A stretch of DNA of 63,755 nt, the filler included, from Octopus bimaculoides (taxonomy: Eukaryota), in assembly GCF_001194135.2 (NCBI RefSeq). It is 8 parts of 7 records of this genome, joined end to end, with 100 filler letters (N's around TTAATTAATTAA, not from the genome) between each part and the next. Parts side by side here need not be neighbours in the genome. Positions count along the whole stretch, not along the records: positions 1 to 8,595 come from NC_069000.1; positions 8,696 to 14,304 come from NC_068985.1; 6 more parts are not named here. The stretch is one strand, 5' to 3'. Shown piece after piece: positions 1 through 10,835 of the stretch. How positions within the stretch are numbered: position 1 is the stretch's first letter; each line of letters starts with the position of its first letter. Both the position numbers and the translations under genes were made by a program. Under the pieces are notes generated by a model. It worked only from the letters and a program-made list of their open reading frames with translations. It did not search any database and was not told the origin of the DNA.

Positions 1-348
1 ACATAAGATGTACCATCCTGAGCGTGACCGTTGCCAGTACCGCCTGACTGGCCTTGTAGAGTTTTCGAGCGAGATCGTTGCCAGTGCCCCTCGACTGGCT
101 CTTGTGCGGGTGGCACATAAAAGACACCATTTCGAGCGTGGCCATTCTCGTGCGGGTGACACGTAAAAGCACCCACTACACTCTGAGTGGTTGGCATTAG
201 GAAGGGCATCCAGCTGTAGAAACTCTGCCAACTTAGATTGGAGCCTGGTGTTGCCATCCGGTTTCACCAGTCCTCAGTCAAATCGTCCAACCCATGCTAG
301 CATGGAAAGCGGACGTTAAACGATGATGATGATGATGATGATGATGAT
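1..348 (+). mobile_element. 3' end of an abundant non-LTR retroelement (LINE 3' UTR or LINE-tailed SINE) with (GAT)n tail
   Basis: Ends ...caacccatgctagcatggaaagcggacgttaaac(gat)n. Near-identical to 58747-58996 and related to several other copies in the window. Confidence 0.8.
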
Positions 349-911
349 CTGTCTATCTATGTATATGTGTGTGTGTGTGTGTCTGTATAGGTACAGGCAT
401 GGGTGTGTGGTTAAGAAATTTTGCTTCCTAACCAAGCTACTTTACCACACAGCCACTCCTGTGCCTATTCGATGTAATCATCTAGCACCCTTCCCTCAAA
501 ACTGCTGGCTTTGTGTCAAAAGAATTATTATTGTTATTTATTCACTTATTTATCTATGTCACATCTCAGCTCCATCCTGCGGCTTAGAGACACAACACTG
601 TCCTCAACACATGTGCTGTTCCAAGCATTGCTGCCAACCGAATACTTCCAAGTATTGCTGCCAACTGAATGAAGTTTGGTATTTGCCGTTTTTGATGTTA
701 GAATATTGCTCTCTCTCTCAGATGTTCCCAAGTGCACTGATCACAATAGGTGCCAAACTCACTTTTGAGGCTCTTTGGATTCATTTCACTTCTAATGCTA
801 GATCTTGGTACTTCCTGACTTTCTCATCCTCTGTCTTCACTATATTCTGGTCCACAAGTCCATTCTTTGGGCTCCTTCAGTAGGAGAGTAATATCTAGTC
901 AGTTATGTTGT

Positions 912-917
912 TTTTGC

Positions 918-955
<38 letters not shown>

Positions 956-1335
956 NNNNNNNNNNNNNNNNNNNNNNNNNNNNNNNNNNNNNNNNNNNNN
1001 NNNNNNNNNNNNNNNNNNNNNNNNNNNNNNNNNNNNNNNNNNNNNNNNNNNNNNNNNNNNNNNNNNNNNNNNNNNNNNNNNNNNNNNNNNNNNNNNNNNN
1101 NNNNNNNNNNNNNNNNNNNNNNNNNNNNNNNNNNNNNNNNNNNNNNNNNNNNNNNNNNNNNNNNNNNNNNNNNNNNNNNNNNNNNNNNNNNNNNNNNNNN
1201 NNNNNNNNNNNNNNNNNNNNNNNNNNNNNNNNNNNNNNNNNNNNNNNNNNNNNNNNNNNNNNNNNNNNNNNNNNNNNNNNNNNNNNNNNNNNNNNNNNNN
1301 NNNNNNNNNNNNNNNNNNNNNNNNNNNNNNNNNNN

Positions 1336-1369
<34 letters not shown>
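912..1369. repeat. (TAT)n and (CT)n microsatellites flanking an N-gap
   Basis: Direct reading: (TAT)n about 912-956, (CT)n about 1337-1369. Confidence 0.95.
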
Positions 1370-1372
<3 letters not shown>

Positions 1373-1840
1373 CATTCTTCCCAATCTGGTTGTTTTCTTG
1401 CTCTCCTTATCCACATTTCCTTATTTTCCTTCTCCATCTTCTGTCTCATACCACTTCTCGTCCTCTCTGCATATTCCCCCTCTTTCCATTCTCTCAGTCA
1501 TTTCACCTCTCATTCTATCTCTCTCCCTCCCTTCTCCCTCTTCCTCTCTCTCTCTTCCTCTTTACCTCTCACTTTCTCTCGCAGTGTAATTATAATAATA
1601 AACCAATTGAGCAAGGAAAAATCTAGACAGCGTAAATATACGTATTACAAGATCAGTTGTCAATTTCTCTTTTAGATATTTTTTCCATCCGTTGTGTCTT
1701 GTATTATTTAATCTCCCAATAATTCTGTTGACTAAACCAACAAACGTTATTACTCCATAGGCAGATTCAGTGAGCAGTTCATCACTGTGTGTCAGAGTTA
1801 TCTCCCATACTCGCCGGTAGACTAGAAACAATATGATTGA

Positions 1841-2095
1841 CCTTTTATCTTTTACTTATTCTTAGTCATTGACCTCTGGTCATACTGGAGCAGTAACTTG
1901 AAGGGTTCTAGTCAAACAAATTGACCCCAGTACTTGTTCTTTGTTTTGTTTTGTTTTTTTCAAAGCTGGTACGTATGCTATTGTTTTTTTTTTTTTTTTG
2001 CTCTACTGCCGTGTTATGGGGATGTAAACAAACCAGCACTATTTGCCAAATGGTGGGAATGGACAAAAACAGACACACGCATACATACAAACATG
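1841..2095 (-). mobile_element. SINE (CORE-like family), 3' half
   Basis: Matches the conserved ...gtcaaacaaattgaccccagtac... and ...gatgtaaacaaaccagc... blocks seen in many copies in this window. Confidence 0.65.
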
Positions 2096-2420
2096 CACAC
2101 ACAGTTATATGCTTCTGTGTGTGTATTTGTATGTTTGTGTGTGTGTCAAACCTTCTAACCCATGCAGCTTGGAAAGCAGATGCTAAATGATGATGATGGT
2201 GTGTGTGTATTAATTATCATCATCTTCATCATTATCTTTTGATGTTCAGTTTTCATGCTAGTATGGGTTAGGTAGTTTGACAGGAGCTGGTAAGCCAGAG
2301 GACCACAGCAAATTCTTTCGTCTGCTTTGGCATGGTTTCTTTGGTTTCTACAGCTGGATACCCTTCCGAATGCTAACTGCTTGAAACAGCATACAAGATG
2401 GGTTTTTTCTATGTGGAACC

Positions 2421-2478
2421 AGCAACATGTGGGGGTCACCAAGTATCTTGCAAGACAAAGATTCCTCTTCCGGGCAAG
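2421..2478 (-). ncRNA. Decayed hammerhead-like motif
   Basis: Minus strand: CC-CGGAAGA-GG ... CCCCC-ACAUGU-U. The core has a U4>G change, GAA is missing, and the palindrome ACATGT is retained. Confidence 0.35.
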
Positions 2479-3310
2479 GGGGTAGTTTTGAGGGTTGCGG
2501 CTTTGTGCCAATCGATGATGCATGATAGAAGAGTAGAGACAGGTGTCTTACTGCAGAAGAGATATATGGCTAACCCAGTTGGAAAAGGGAGGAGATGATG
2601 GTTGAGATGTGTAATGACATACCACGAAGGTATAGTGCAGTGGAGAAAATATATGTATGAGAAAAATTGGTTCAAGTAGTACATTTTGAACTTTTTGGTA
2701 GGGTCCAAAAAGTTGGATTTCTAATAAAGATTCTTCATATCAAAGTAATAACTTGCTATTGCAAGTATTTAAAATATAAAAATATGACAATTAAAAATGC
2801 GTTATGTATGTGTTTTATATACATATATATATATAACACTGGTACAAGACTAGAAGGTTGATGCAAAAAGTGGAAGGGTGAATAAAAATGGAAAAAGAAA
2901 AGAAAAGAAAATTAGACTTGTGTCTCCTTTGGCTGTAATTACAGTATCTGTTGTAGAATAATTCAACAGAGAGGGGTCTAAAGTTTGCAAGACAACTGCT
3001 CAATCTGGAGAATCTTCCAGTTCACCAATAGAAATTTGTCCATTAACTGAAAATTTTAGATCCTGAATTAAGTAGTGCAGTGAAATTCTTAGATCTAAAA
3101 AAATGTGTGATCTCTCAGCTATACATAAGTTGCATTTCTTCAATCCATTTACATATGGCATAGATTTCTCTACAATTCTCCATTTGGCTGTATATAGTGT
3201 GCAGTTGTTCTTATTCAAATCATATATGATGATAGTCATTTCTTTACGGAAGAAGACCATCTCTTCAATTGGTAAATGCTCTCATGAGATCCTATATGAC
3301 TAGCAAGTCC
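2421..3310 (-). mobile_element. Penelope-like element relic: GIY-YIG endonuclease C-terminus plus 3' region
   Basis: 3000-3260 translates IYDLNKNNCTLYTAKWRIVEKSMPYVNGLKKCNLCIAERSHI, matching the Penelope EN tail (YIWxLK..W.I...PY.....C.LC..E). Followed by a pyrimidine-rich region ending in a hammerhead relic. Confidence 0.75.
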
Positions 3311-3531
3311 AGCTTCAGACAAACAGACCCTACCGCACATATTTATGTGCATGTATGTATGTTTATGTGTGTTTTTGTGCGTACATGCATGTTTATGAAA
3401 GTGAGTAAATATTCAAATGAATACTTGTAAAGATATTATTATTATTATTATTGGCAAATCTAAATAGTTGATAATAGCAACAATAATAACATCAGTGGCA
3501 GCAAGCAATATTAGCATTAAACAGCTATACA

Positions 3532-3790
3532 TCATTATCATCATCATCATCATTTAACGTCCATGGTCCATGCTGGCATGGGTTGGATGGTTTAACTGGG
3601 CTAGCACGCTGGAAGGCTGCACCAGGCTCCAGTCTGATTTGGCATGGTTTTCTGCAGCTGGATGCCCTTCCTAATGCCAACCACTCCAAGAGTGTAATGG
3701 ATGCTTTTATGTGCCACCGACACGTGTACCATTTGCATGACATCAGGGTACATTTACATGCCACTGGGTGCCAATTTATGTGACACTAGA
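3532..3790 (-). mobile_element. Non-LTR 3'-tail family copy with (CAT)n tail
   Basis: Reverse complement of the 1-348 type element (cagctggatgcccttcctaatgccaaccactcc). Confidence 0.75.
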
Positions 3791-3889
3791 GTCTGCCACA
3801 ACTGTATTTTGCTCAGCTTGATAGGTTTTCTTCTCAAGCATGGCAATACAATAAATTCATAATTATATTAGTTGGGGGGGTTTTACTTC

Positions 3890-4250
3890 CACTTTCTAGC
3901 AAGCTGGTGCTTTGTGTACCCTCTAAAGGAGCACTCCATCGGTTACGACAATGAGGGTCCCAGCTGATACGATCAGTGGAACAGCCTGCTCATGAAATTA
4001 ACATGTAAGTGACCGACCAATCCACAGACACATGTACCCCCAACTTAGTTCTCAGGGAGACTCAGCATGACACATAGCATGACAAGGCCGGCCCTTTGAA
4101 ATACAGATACTACTCATCTTTGCCAGCTGAGTGGACTGGGGCAATGTGAAATAAAGTGTCTTGCTCAAGGACACAATATGTCACCAGGAATTGAATTCAT
4201 GACCTTACGATCATGAGCCGAATGCCGTAACCACTAAGCCACGTGCCTTC
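3890..4250 (-). mobile_element. tRNA-derived SINE
   Basis: tRNA-like head on minus (gtggcttagtggttacggcattcggctcatgatcgtaaggtcatgaattcaattcctgg, with A and B boxes). Body is homologous to 35235-35420. Confidence 0.75.
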
Positions 4251-4263
4251 ACCTGTGTATCCC

Positions 4264-4267
<4 letters not shown>

Positions 4268-4321
<54 letters not shown>
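4268..4321. repeat. (TA)n microsatellite
   Basis: Direct reading. Confidence 0.95.
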
Positions 4322-4323
<2 letters not shown>

Positions 4324-4672
4324 TGATGAGCTTCCACACAGTTTTAGTCTACCAAATTCACTCACATTGCTTTAGACAGCCCATCACAATAGTAACAGCT
4401 ACTTGCCCAAGGTGCAGAGCAGTGGCACATAGCCCCAAACTGCATGGTTGCAAAGCAAGCTTTCTGTGTTTGTTTGAATTTTTTTTCCTTCGCTGCATAT
4501 TTAGAGTTAATATAATTAACGCTGAATTACTGTCCATGCAGATGTCATCTCTAACTTCCTTAATTTCTAAACAATTGTATTTTTTCCCTGCCCTGCTCAA
4601 CATATCTATACACTTAACCATTTAATTAGTGATTCGTTCCTCGCTAATTCAGCAACGAAAGCAAAAATATAT

Positions 4673-4717
4673 GCTTTACTGATGAGGTGAAAACATGACT
4701 TGAAACATGCTCAGAGT
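4673..4717 (+). ncRNA. Decayed type I hammerhead-like motif
   Basis: GCUUUA-CUGAUGA(4679-4685)-GGU..ACUU-GAAA(4702-4705)-CAUGC-U-CAGAGU. U16.1 appears mutated to C; stem I pairs with wobbles. Confidence 0.4.
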
Positions 4718-5009
4718 TATCTCCCATAGTTGCCAGAAGATCGAAAAATTATTTTAGTCATATACTATCATTTGTCCTCCTCTTTATGTATATTATATTA
4801 GGTAAATTTTTTTCTTCATATGTGCTATGTTATATTAAATATGTTACCACTAACATATGTATTAAAATCTTAGCCACACTACCCACTGCTGCTGGAGTAG
4901 AAGGAAGAGGAAGCAGCAAATAGGATTAATAATTATCTCAGTATTCAGAATGGTGTGTGTGTGTGCGTGTGTTTGTGTATGTGTGCATGTGTATCTATCT
5001 ATCTATCTA

Positions 5010-5054
<45 letters not shown>

Positions 5055-6262
5055 AGTATATGAAGCATTAACTGTGCTCGCAACTCAACCAGTTGATTAT
5101 ATGAAGCATTACATATGAAAGTGGCTGGATATTGTGGCAGAAAGTAATAGACAGAGAAGAAAATATCAAACAGTATGTCAAGAATTTCTGGGTCGGGGAT
5201 GGTGGGGGGCTGTTTAGCCCTCGGTCATCTCTTATTGAGCATCTATGATCTTGTTTTTATTTGTTTNNNNNNNNNNNNNNNNNNNNNNNNNNNNNNNNNN
5301 NNNNNNNNNNNNNNNNNNNNNNNNNNNNNNNNNNNNNNNNNNNNNNNNNNNNNNNNNNNNNNNNNNNNNNNNNNNNNNNNNNNNNNNNNNNNNNNNNNNN
5401 NNNNNNNNNNNNNNNNNNNNNNNNNNNNNNNNNNNNNNNNNNNNNNNNNNNNNNNNNNNNNNNNNNNNNNNNNNNNNNNNNNNNNNNNNNNNNNNNNNNN
5501 NNNNNNNNNNNNNNNNNNNNNNNNNNNNNNNNNNNNNNNNNNNNNNNNNNNNNNNNNNNNNNNNNNNNNNNNNNNNNNNNNNNNNNNNNNNNNNNNNNNN
5601 NNNNNNNNNNNNNNNNNNNNNNNNNNNNNNNNNNNNNNNNNNNNNNNNNNNNNNNNNNNNNNNNNNNNNNNNNNNNNNNNNNNNNNNNNNNNNNNNNNNN
5701 NNNNNNNNNNNNNNNNNNNNNNNNNNNNNNNNNNNNNNNNNNNNNNNNNNNNNNNNNNNNNNNNNNNNNNNNNNNNNNNNNNNNNNNNNNNNNNNNNNNN
5801 NNNNNNNNNNNNNNNNNNNNNNNNNNNNNNNNNNNNNNNNNNNNNNNNNNNNNNNNNNNNNNNNNNNNNNNNNNNNNNNNNNNNNNNNNNNNNNNNNNNN
5901 NNNNNNNNNNNNNNNNNNNNNNNNNNNNNNNNNNNNNNNNNNNNNNNNNNNNNNNNNNNNNNNNNNNNNNNNNNNNNNNNNNNNNNNNNNNNNNNNNNNN
6001 NNNNNNNNNNNNNNNNNNNNNNNNNNNNNNNNNNNNNNNNNNNNNNNNNNNNNNNNNNNNNNNNNNNNNNNNNNNNNNNNNNNNNNNNNNNNNNNNNNNN
6101 NNNNNNNNNNNNNNNNNNNNNNNNNNNNNNNNNNNNNNNNNNNNNNNNNNNNNNNNNNNNNNNNNNNNNNNNNNNNNNNNNNNNNNNNNNNNNNNNNNNN
6201 NNNNNNNNNNNNNNNNNNNNNNNNNNNNNNNNNNNNNNNNNNNNNNNNNNNNNNNNNNNNNN

Positions 6263-6545
6263 CTCTAATTGCTGACAGTAGACTTGAGCATTGATTGTTG
6301 CATTAGGTGGTAACAATTCAAAGTGAATTACTCCTTTGCAATCCCACCAGATAGAGATAAGAACCTTCTCGGTTGTGGTTGAGCTTTTTCCCTTTTACCA
6401 AGCCACTGTCTACGACGTTTAACATTTCGATAGAAGATCCATTTTTCGTTACCAGTCACAAGTCTATTCAAAAAGGGTGAAATGAGTTGGTGAGAATGGA
6501 GAGAAGAGCAGATGTCAACTCGGGATTTGCGGTTGCTTGACAACT
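6263..6545 (-). mobile_element. mariner transposase fragment
   Basis: PFLNRLVTGNEKWIFYRNVKRRRQW ... MLPPNATINAQVYCQQLE (first catalytic D region of mariner DD34D). Frameshifted and runs into a gap. Confidence 0.85.
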
Positions 6546-6847
6546 GATGTTGGTGTATTTATGTCCCCATAGCTTAGTGGTTTGGCAAAAGAGACCGATA
6601 GAGACCGAGCATTGCGTTGTGCTCTTGAGCAAAGCACTTCATTTCATGCTGCTCTGCAACCATTTCATCATCTGACATGTGGCACATGGTGCACCTGTGC
6701 AGGTAATATCGATTTGATGAAGGGAGTGAGCTTATGTGTACACAGACATTTGATCACTATAAACAACTCATCTGTGCAGGTCGTTCGGTAAGAAATTGCC
6801 AAACCCTCATATATTGTCTAACAATGGAAGAGTCCATGATATATATA

Positions 6848-7420
6848 TATATCATCATCATCACCATCATCATCATCACCATCATCATCATCATTCAACA
6901 TCTGCTTTCCATGCGGGCATAGGTTGGATGGTTTAACTGAGGTCTGGAAAGTCAGCGGCTGCATCAGGCTCCAATCTGATCGGGCAATGTTTCTACAGCT
7001 GGATGCCCTTCCTAACACCAACCACTCCGAGAGTGTAGTGAGTGCATTCTACATGTCACTGGCATAGGAGCCAGTCAGGCGGGCCTGGCATCAATCATGT
7101 TTGGATAGTACTTTTTATGTGCCACTGACACAGGAGCCAGTCTAGGGGCACTGGCATTGGCCACATTCAGATGGTGCTTTTTATGTGCCACCAGCACAGG
7201 AGCCAGAAAGGCAGCCCTGGCATCAGTCACATTTGGATAGTACTTTTTACATGCCACCAGCATCGGAGCCAGTCAGGGGGCACTGGCATTCACCACATTC
7301 AGATGGTGCTTTTCACATGCCACCAGCATGGAAGCCAGTCAGGGTGCACTAACATTGACCATATTCGGATGATGCATTTTATGTGCCACCAGAACAGGAG
7401 CTAGTCAGGGGGCACTGGCC
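6848..7420 (-). mobile_element. Non-LTR 3'-tail family copy containing a 66-bp tandem array
   Basis: (CAT)n tail at 6850-6895, conserved tail body, and five 66-bp units starting at 7066, 7132, 7198, 7264 and 7330, plus a partial unit at 7396. Confidence 0.8.
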
Positions 7421-8045
7421 ACAGTCAAATGACTGTGACCATGCTGGAGCACCATCTTGAAGGGTTTTATTTGAACAGATTTTCTCCAGCAATTATTTAC
7501 TGTTTGGTACTTATTCTATCGGTCTCTTTTGCCAAACTGCTAAGTTATAGAGATGTAAACAAAGAGACACCAGTTGCCAAGCAGTCACTGGGGAACAAGC
7601 ACAAAGATGCAAAGTCACACACACACGACAGTTTTCCACACAGTTTCTTATTTCTTTATTGCCCACAAGGGGCTAAACAAAGAGGGGACAAACAAGGGCA
7701 GACAAAGGGATTAAGTCGATTATGTCAACCCCAGTGCATAAATTGGTACTTAATTTATCGACCCCAAAAGGATGAAAGGCAAAGTCGACCTCGGCGGAAT
7801 TTGAACTCAGAACGTAACGGCAGACGAAATACCGCTAAGCATTTTGCCTGGTGTGGTAATGTTTCTGCCAGCTGACTGCCTTTTCCACACAGTTTTCACA
7901 CAGTTTCTGTCTACCAAATTCACTCGCAAGACATATGTTCGCCTGGGATTATAGTTAAAGGCACTTTTGTGCAAGGTGCCACACAGTGGGACTGAACCTG
8001 AAACCAGCAAACTTCTTAACCACATAGCCATGCCCACACCTATAG
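7420..8045 (-). mobile_element. CORE-like SINE interrupted by a second SINE
   Basis: Head ggcatggctatgtggttaagaagtt..ggttcagtcccactgtgtggcacctt on minus at 7975-8040; 3' half at 7420-7630. Confidence 0.7.
7647..7880 (-). mobile_element. Second SINE family (central ...tttgcctttcatccttt..ggggtcgataaattaagtacc... domain), nested insertion
   Basis: Full head-to-tail copy flanked by the 15-bp direct repeat ttttccacacagttt (7632-7646 and 7881-7895). Confidence 0.85.
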
Positions 8046-8639
8046 AAAGAAATTAAAAGCAAAAGAACTGAATATGGAATTTGATGGAAAGTGTCTGTTT
8101 AAGATGTCCAGACTGATTCTAAAATGACGGTGATGATGATGTTTATGCCATATATATCATTGGAATACGTCAAAACTGTCCATTCTCTCAGTAGACAGAT
8201 TTTCAGGATTGTCTAAAAGTTTGGTGGAATAAGTCATATATGCCAGCAGGTGTTGGTGAAACAAGATTAAAAATTGGTCAGTTATTTAAGATAACAGATG
8301 AGTAGAGGATTAAGATTATAGGGATTTTAAAAAAAATACACACACACATACACAATTATGCACACACACACACACACTTTTGCACACACACACACACACA
8401 TATCTTTTATATTTTATCTTTTTGTTTTTTTAATTGTTTCAGTCATTTGCTTGTGGCCATGCTGGGGCACTGCCTTGAAGAACTGTTTTTAGTCAAACAA
8501 ATTAACCCCAGTTCTTATCTTTTAAACATGGTCTCTTTTGCCAAACACTAAGTTACAGAGATGTAAACAAACCCTTTGTATTCTTTTTTTTATTTNNNNN
8601 NNNNNNNNNNNNNNNNNNNNNNNNNNNNNNNNNNNNNNN

Positions 8640-8651
8640 TTAATTAATTAA
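8640..8651. other. Artificial TTAATTAATTAA six-frame-stop linker in an assembly gap (also 14349-14360, 17687-17698, 30359-30370, 33390-33401, 35986-35997, 61710-61721)
   Basis: The same 12-mer occurs seven times, each centred in a fixed N44-linker-N44 block. Confidence 0.95.
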
Positions 8652-8695
8652 NNNNNNNNNNNNNNNNNNNNNNNNNNNNNNNNNNNNNNNNNNNN

Positions 8696-8761
<66 letters not shown>

Positions 8762-9070
8762 CGTTTCTTTATTGGGCACAAGGGTCGAACACAAAAACAA
8801 ATCCCAGTAGGGATGGGGGTTGGAGTTCCACCCAAGACCGACCAAGGTACCCTTCATATCCTGGTCACTTCGACCGCCAAGAGCACCTCAGACAGGCACC
8901 CCTCTTCCTCTCAACTGTTCCGGCCTACAAAAATGTTCAGAGTAGGCCCATTCACATGGGCCATTTTCGCCACATTCACCCACCTTTCAACAAAATTACT
9001 GGGGGTGGTGGGGCAGTACATCCTTCTTCACCCTAAACTTCCTTTTCAAGTGGAGCTTGGAAAAGCCGAT
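8696..9070 (-). mobile_element. L1/Tx1-type LINE 3' end with (TTA)n tail
   Basis: Minus translation KLHLKRKFRVKKDVLP/NFVERWVNVAKMAHVNGPTL resembles a Tx1-clade ORF2 C-terminus. Followed by AATAAA and a (TTA)n tail at 8696-8760. Confidence 0.55.
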
Positions 9071-9211
9071 GAAATTATAATAATCCAAAACTACGTGGAA
9101 TGATATTATAAAACGGTGACAACGGCGAAGACCGCGACGGCAAAAGACAACAGGAGCGGCAGAAAACAAAATCGAGGATAAAGGTAAGGAAAAAGATCAA
9201 CGACAACACAA

Positions 9212-9693
9212 ATAAAGTGATAGCATGTTGTCAACTTAATGTGACAGTCCCACGAAAGGGAAGAATGCTACTGTTATTTAGCCCTAGGAAACACCGTTTC
9301 CTGTTGGACTTGACACATTTCCTGTGTCCTTATGTTTTCAAACTGGAGACAAGTACCTCCACCCAGCATAGCCAGCATCCAGAGACTAGTTTCAGAGTCA
9401 TTGCTCTTCATCAATCTGGAGTAGCATGGCTTGCTAGCTGTCGATGCTTATTTGCCTTTGAAAACAAATATATTTCAGGCGAAATACATTCACTGATTTT
9501 TGAAAATAGAAATAATACATTTCTGGAGGCTGGCTTTGCTGAGTGGAGGTGCTTGTCTCCCCTTTGAAAACATAAGGACACAGGAAATGTGTCAAGTCCA
9601 ACAGGAAACGTTGTTTCCCAGGGCTAAATAACAGTAGCATTCTTCCCTTTCATGGGACTGTCACATTAAGTTGACAACATACTATCACTTTAT
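9212..9693. mobile_element. MITE / foldback element with about 172-bp terminal inverted repeats
   Basis: 9212-9383 is the reverse complement of 9522-9693 with scattered mismatches; 138-bp spacer; possible TA target duplication at 9213-9214 and 9691-9692. Confidence 0.85.
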
Positions 9694-9959
9694 CGTGCTG
9701 CTACTGCATAAATCTCTCTGAGAGATCTAGAAATGTATTATTTTGACAGCACAAATAAAAATATAACCGAAGAGGACGATGAGCAAAGAAAAGGACGATG
9801 ACAACAGCAAGAACAAACAAATTTTATTTATTTGCCTCAAGGTCGACAATGAGGGAACTTTGCATAGAGCGGTTATAAAATGATGGAATTCGAAGCACCT
9901 TGAACTGGAAATGAGAAACAGTCTATTACATAACAACGAAAACAACAACAGCAATAATT

Positions 9960-10180
9960 ATTCCTACTCTAGGCACAGGGCCTTAAAAATTATAGGGGCA
10001 AGGGGCTAATCGATTACATTCACCACAGTGAGTAACTAACTAGTTCTTATTTCATCCACTCTGAAAGGATGAGAAGCAAAGATGACCTGGGTGAAATTTG
10101 AACTCAGAACATAGTGGCAAACGAAATGCCGCTAAGAATTTCACCTGGCGTGCTAACGGTTCCGCCAGCTCGGCACCATG
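9960..10180 (-). mobile_element. SINE (second family), diverged
   Basis: gccgagctggcggaaccgttagcacgccagg head on minus plus the conserved central domain. Confidence 0.7.
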
Positions 10181-10419
10181 ACAACAACAGTAATAATAAT
10201 GTGATGTGCCCCTCATCTTTGTGCCCACAGAGGGGGATATCACAAAGTAAGTTATTATTTGTGTGGCAGTCTACATAAATAATGAGGGGGAAAGAAATGG
10301 AAAAGAAATGGAATTTGATAAAAGTATCCAAAATAGGCGAACACCTAAATGATGCAGTCCTAACACAGTCGAAATTCCAACTGAGTCTAATCAAGGAACC
10401 GCAAAAATCCAGGATTAAC

Positions 10420-10835
10420 TTAACCATCAAAGGTATGAGCCTTCACCCAATTGTTCTCCAGTCTGCTGGTGCAAGTGGCAGAATCTTTACCACCCCCGGG
10501 CAAAATGCTTTGCGGCATTTCGCCTGTCTTTATGTTCTGTGTTCAAATTCCGCTGAGGTCGACTTTGCCTTTCATCCTTTTGGGGTCGATAAATCAAGTA
10601 CTTGTAGAAAACAAGGGTTGATATAGTCGATTAGTTAACAAAATTCAAAATCAAAATAGACACAATCGATATAATCGATAGGTTAACAAAATTCAAAATC
10701 AAAACACACACAAAGCCCTCCAAAATAAAAAAAACAAAAACAAAACCACTTGATTGTATTGGAGAACAATGGCATTCAAATGGTGTGTGATGTGCCACAG
10801 GATGAGGGCAGTGAACATCCTGCGCTCAAAGTACT
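10420..10835 (-). mobile_element. Possible 3' remnant of a restriction-like-endonuclease LINE, interrupted by a SINE fragment (about 10470-10610, +)
   Basis: Minus strand ...ttcactgccctcatcctgtggcacatc... resembles the TAHILRK C-terminal motif of 11966-12226. Weak. Confidence 0.3.

Noticed and set aside
323-883. 186-aa ORF and the many other long ORFs in the track
   Set aside because: They start in or run through microsatellites or N-gaps (poly-M, YVC, X runs), with no domain similarity I recognise.
1760-1800. Hairpin CAGTGA/TCACTG before cagagttatctccc as a hammerhead
   Set aside because: Neither CUGANGA nor GAAA is present. Noted only for its shared 3' boundary motif.
7066-7420. Tandem 66-bp array as a CRISPR array or coding repeat
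   Set aside because: There are no unique spacers, the context is eukaryotic, and the units are degenerate modules of a retroelement tail. The open frames are a by-product of the 66-bp period.
8596-8695. Repeated TTAATTAATTAA 12-mer (seven copies) that could be mistaken for a biological motif or piggyBac-type site
   Set aside because: Always centred in an identical 100-bp N block and gives stops in all six frames, so it is an assembly spacer.
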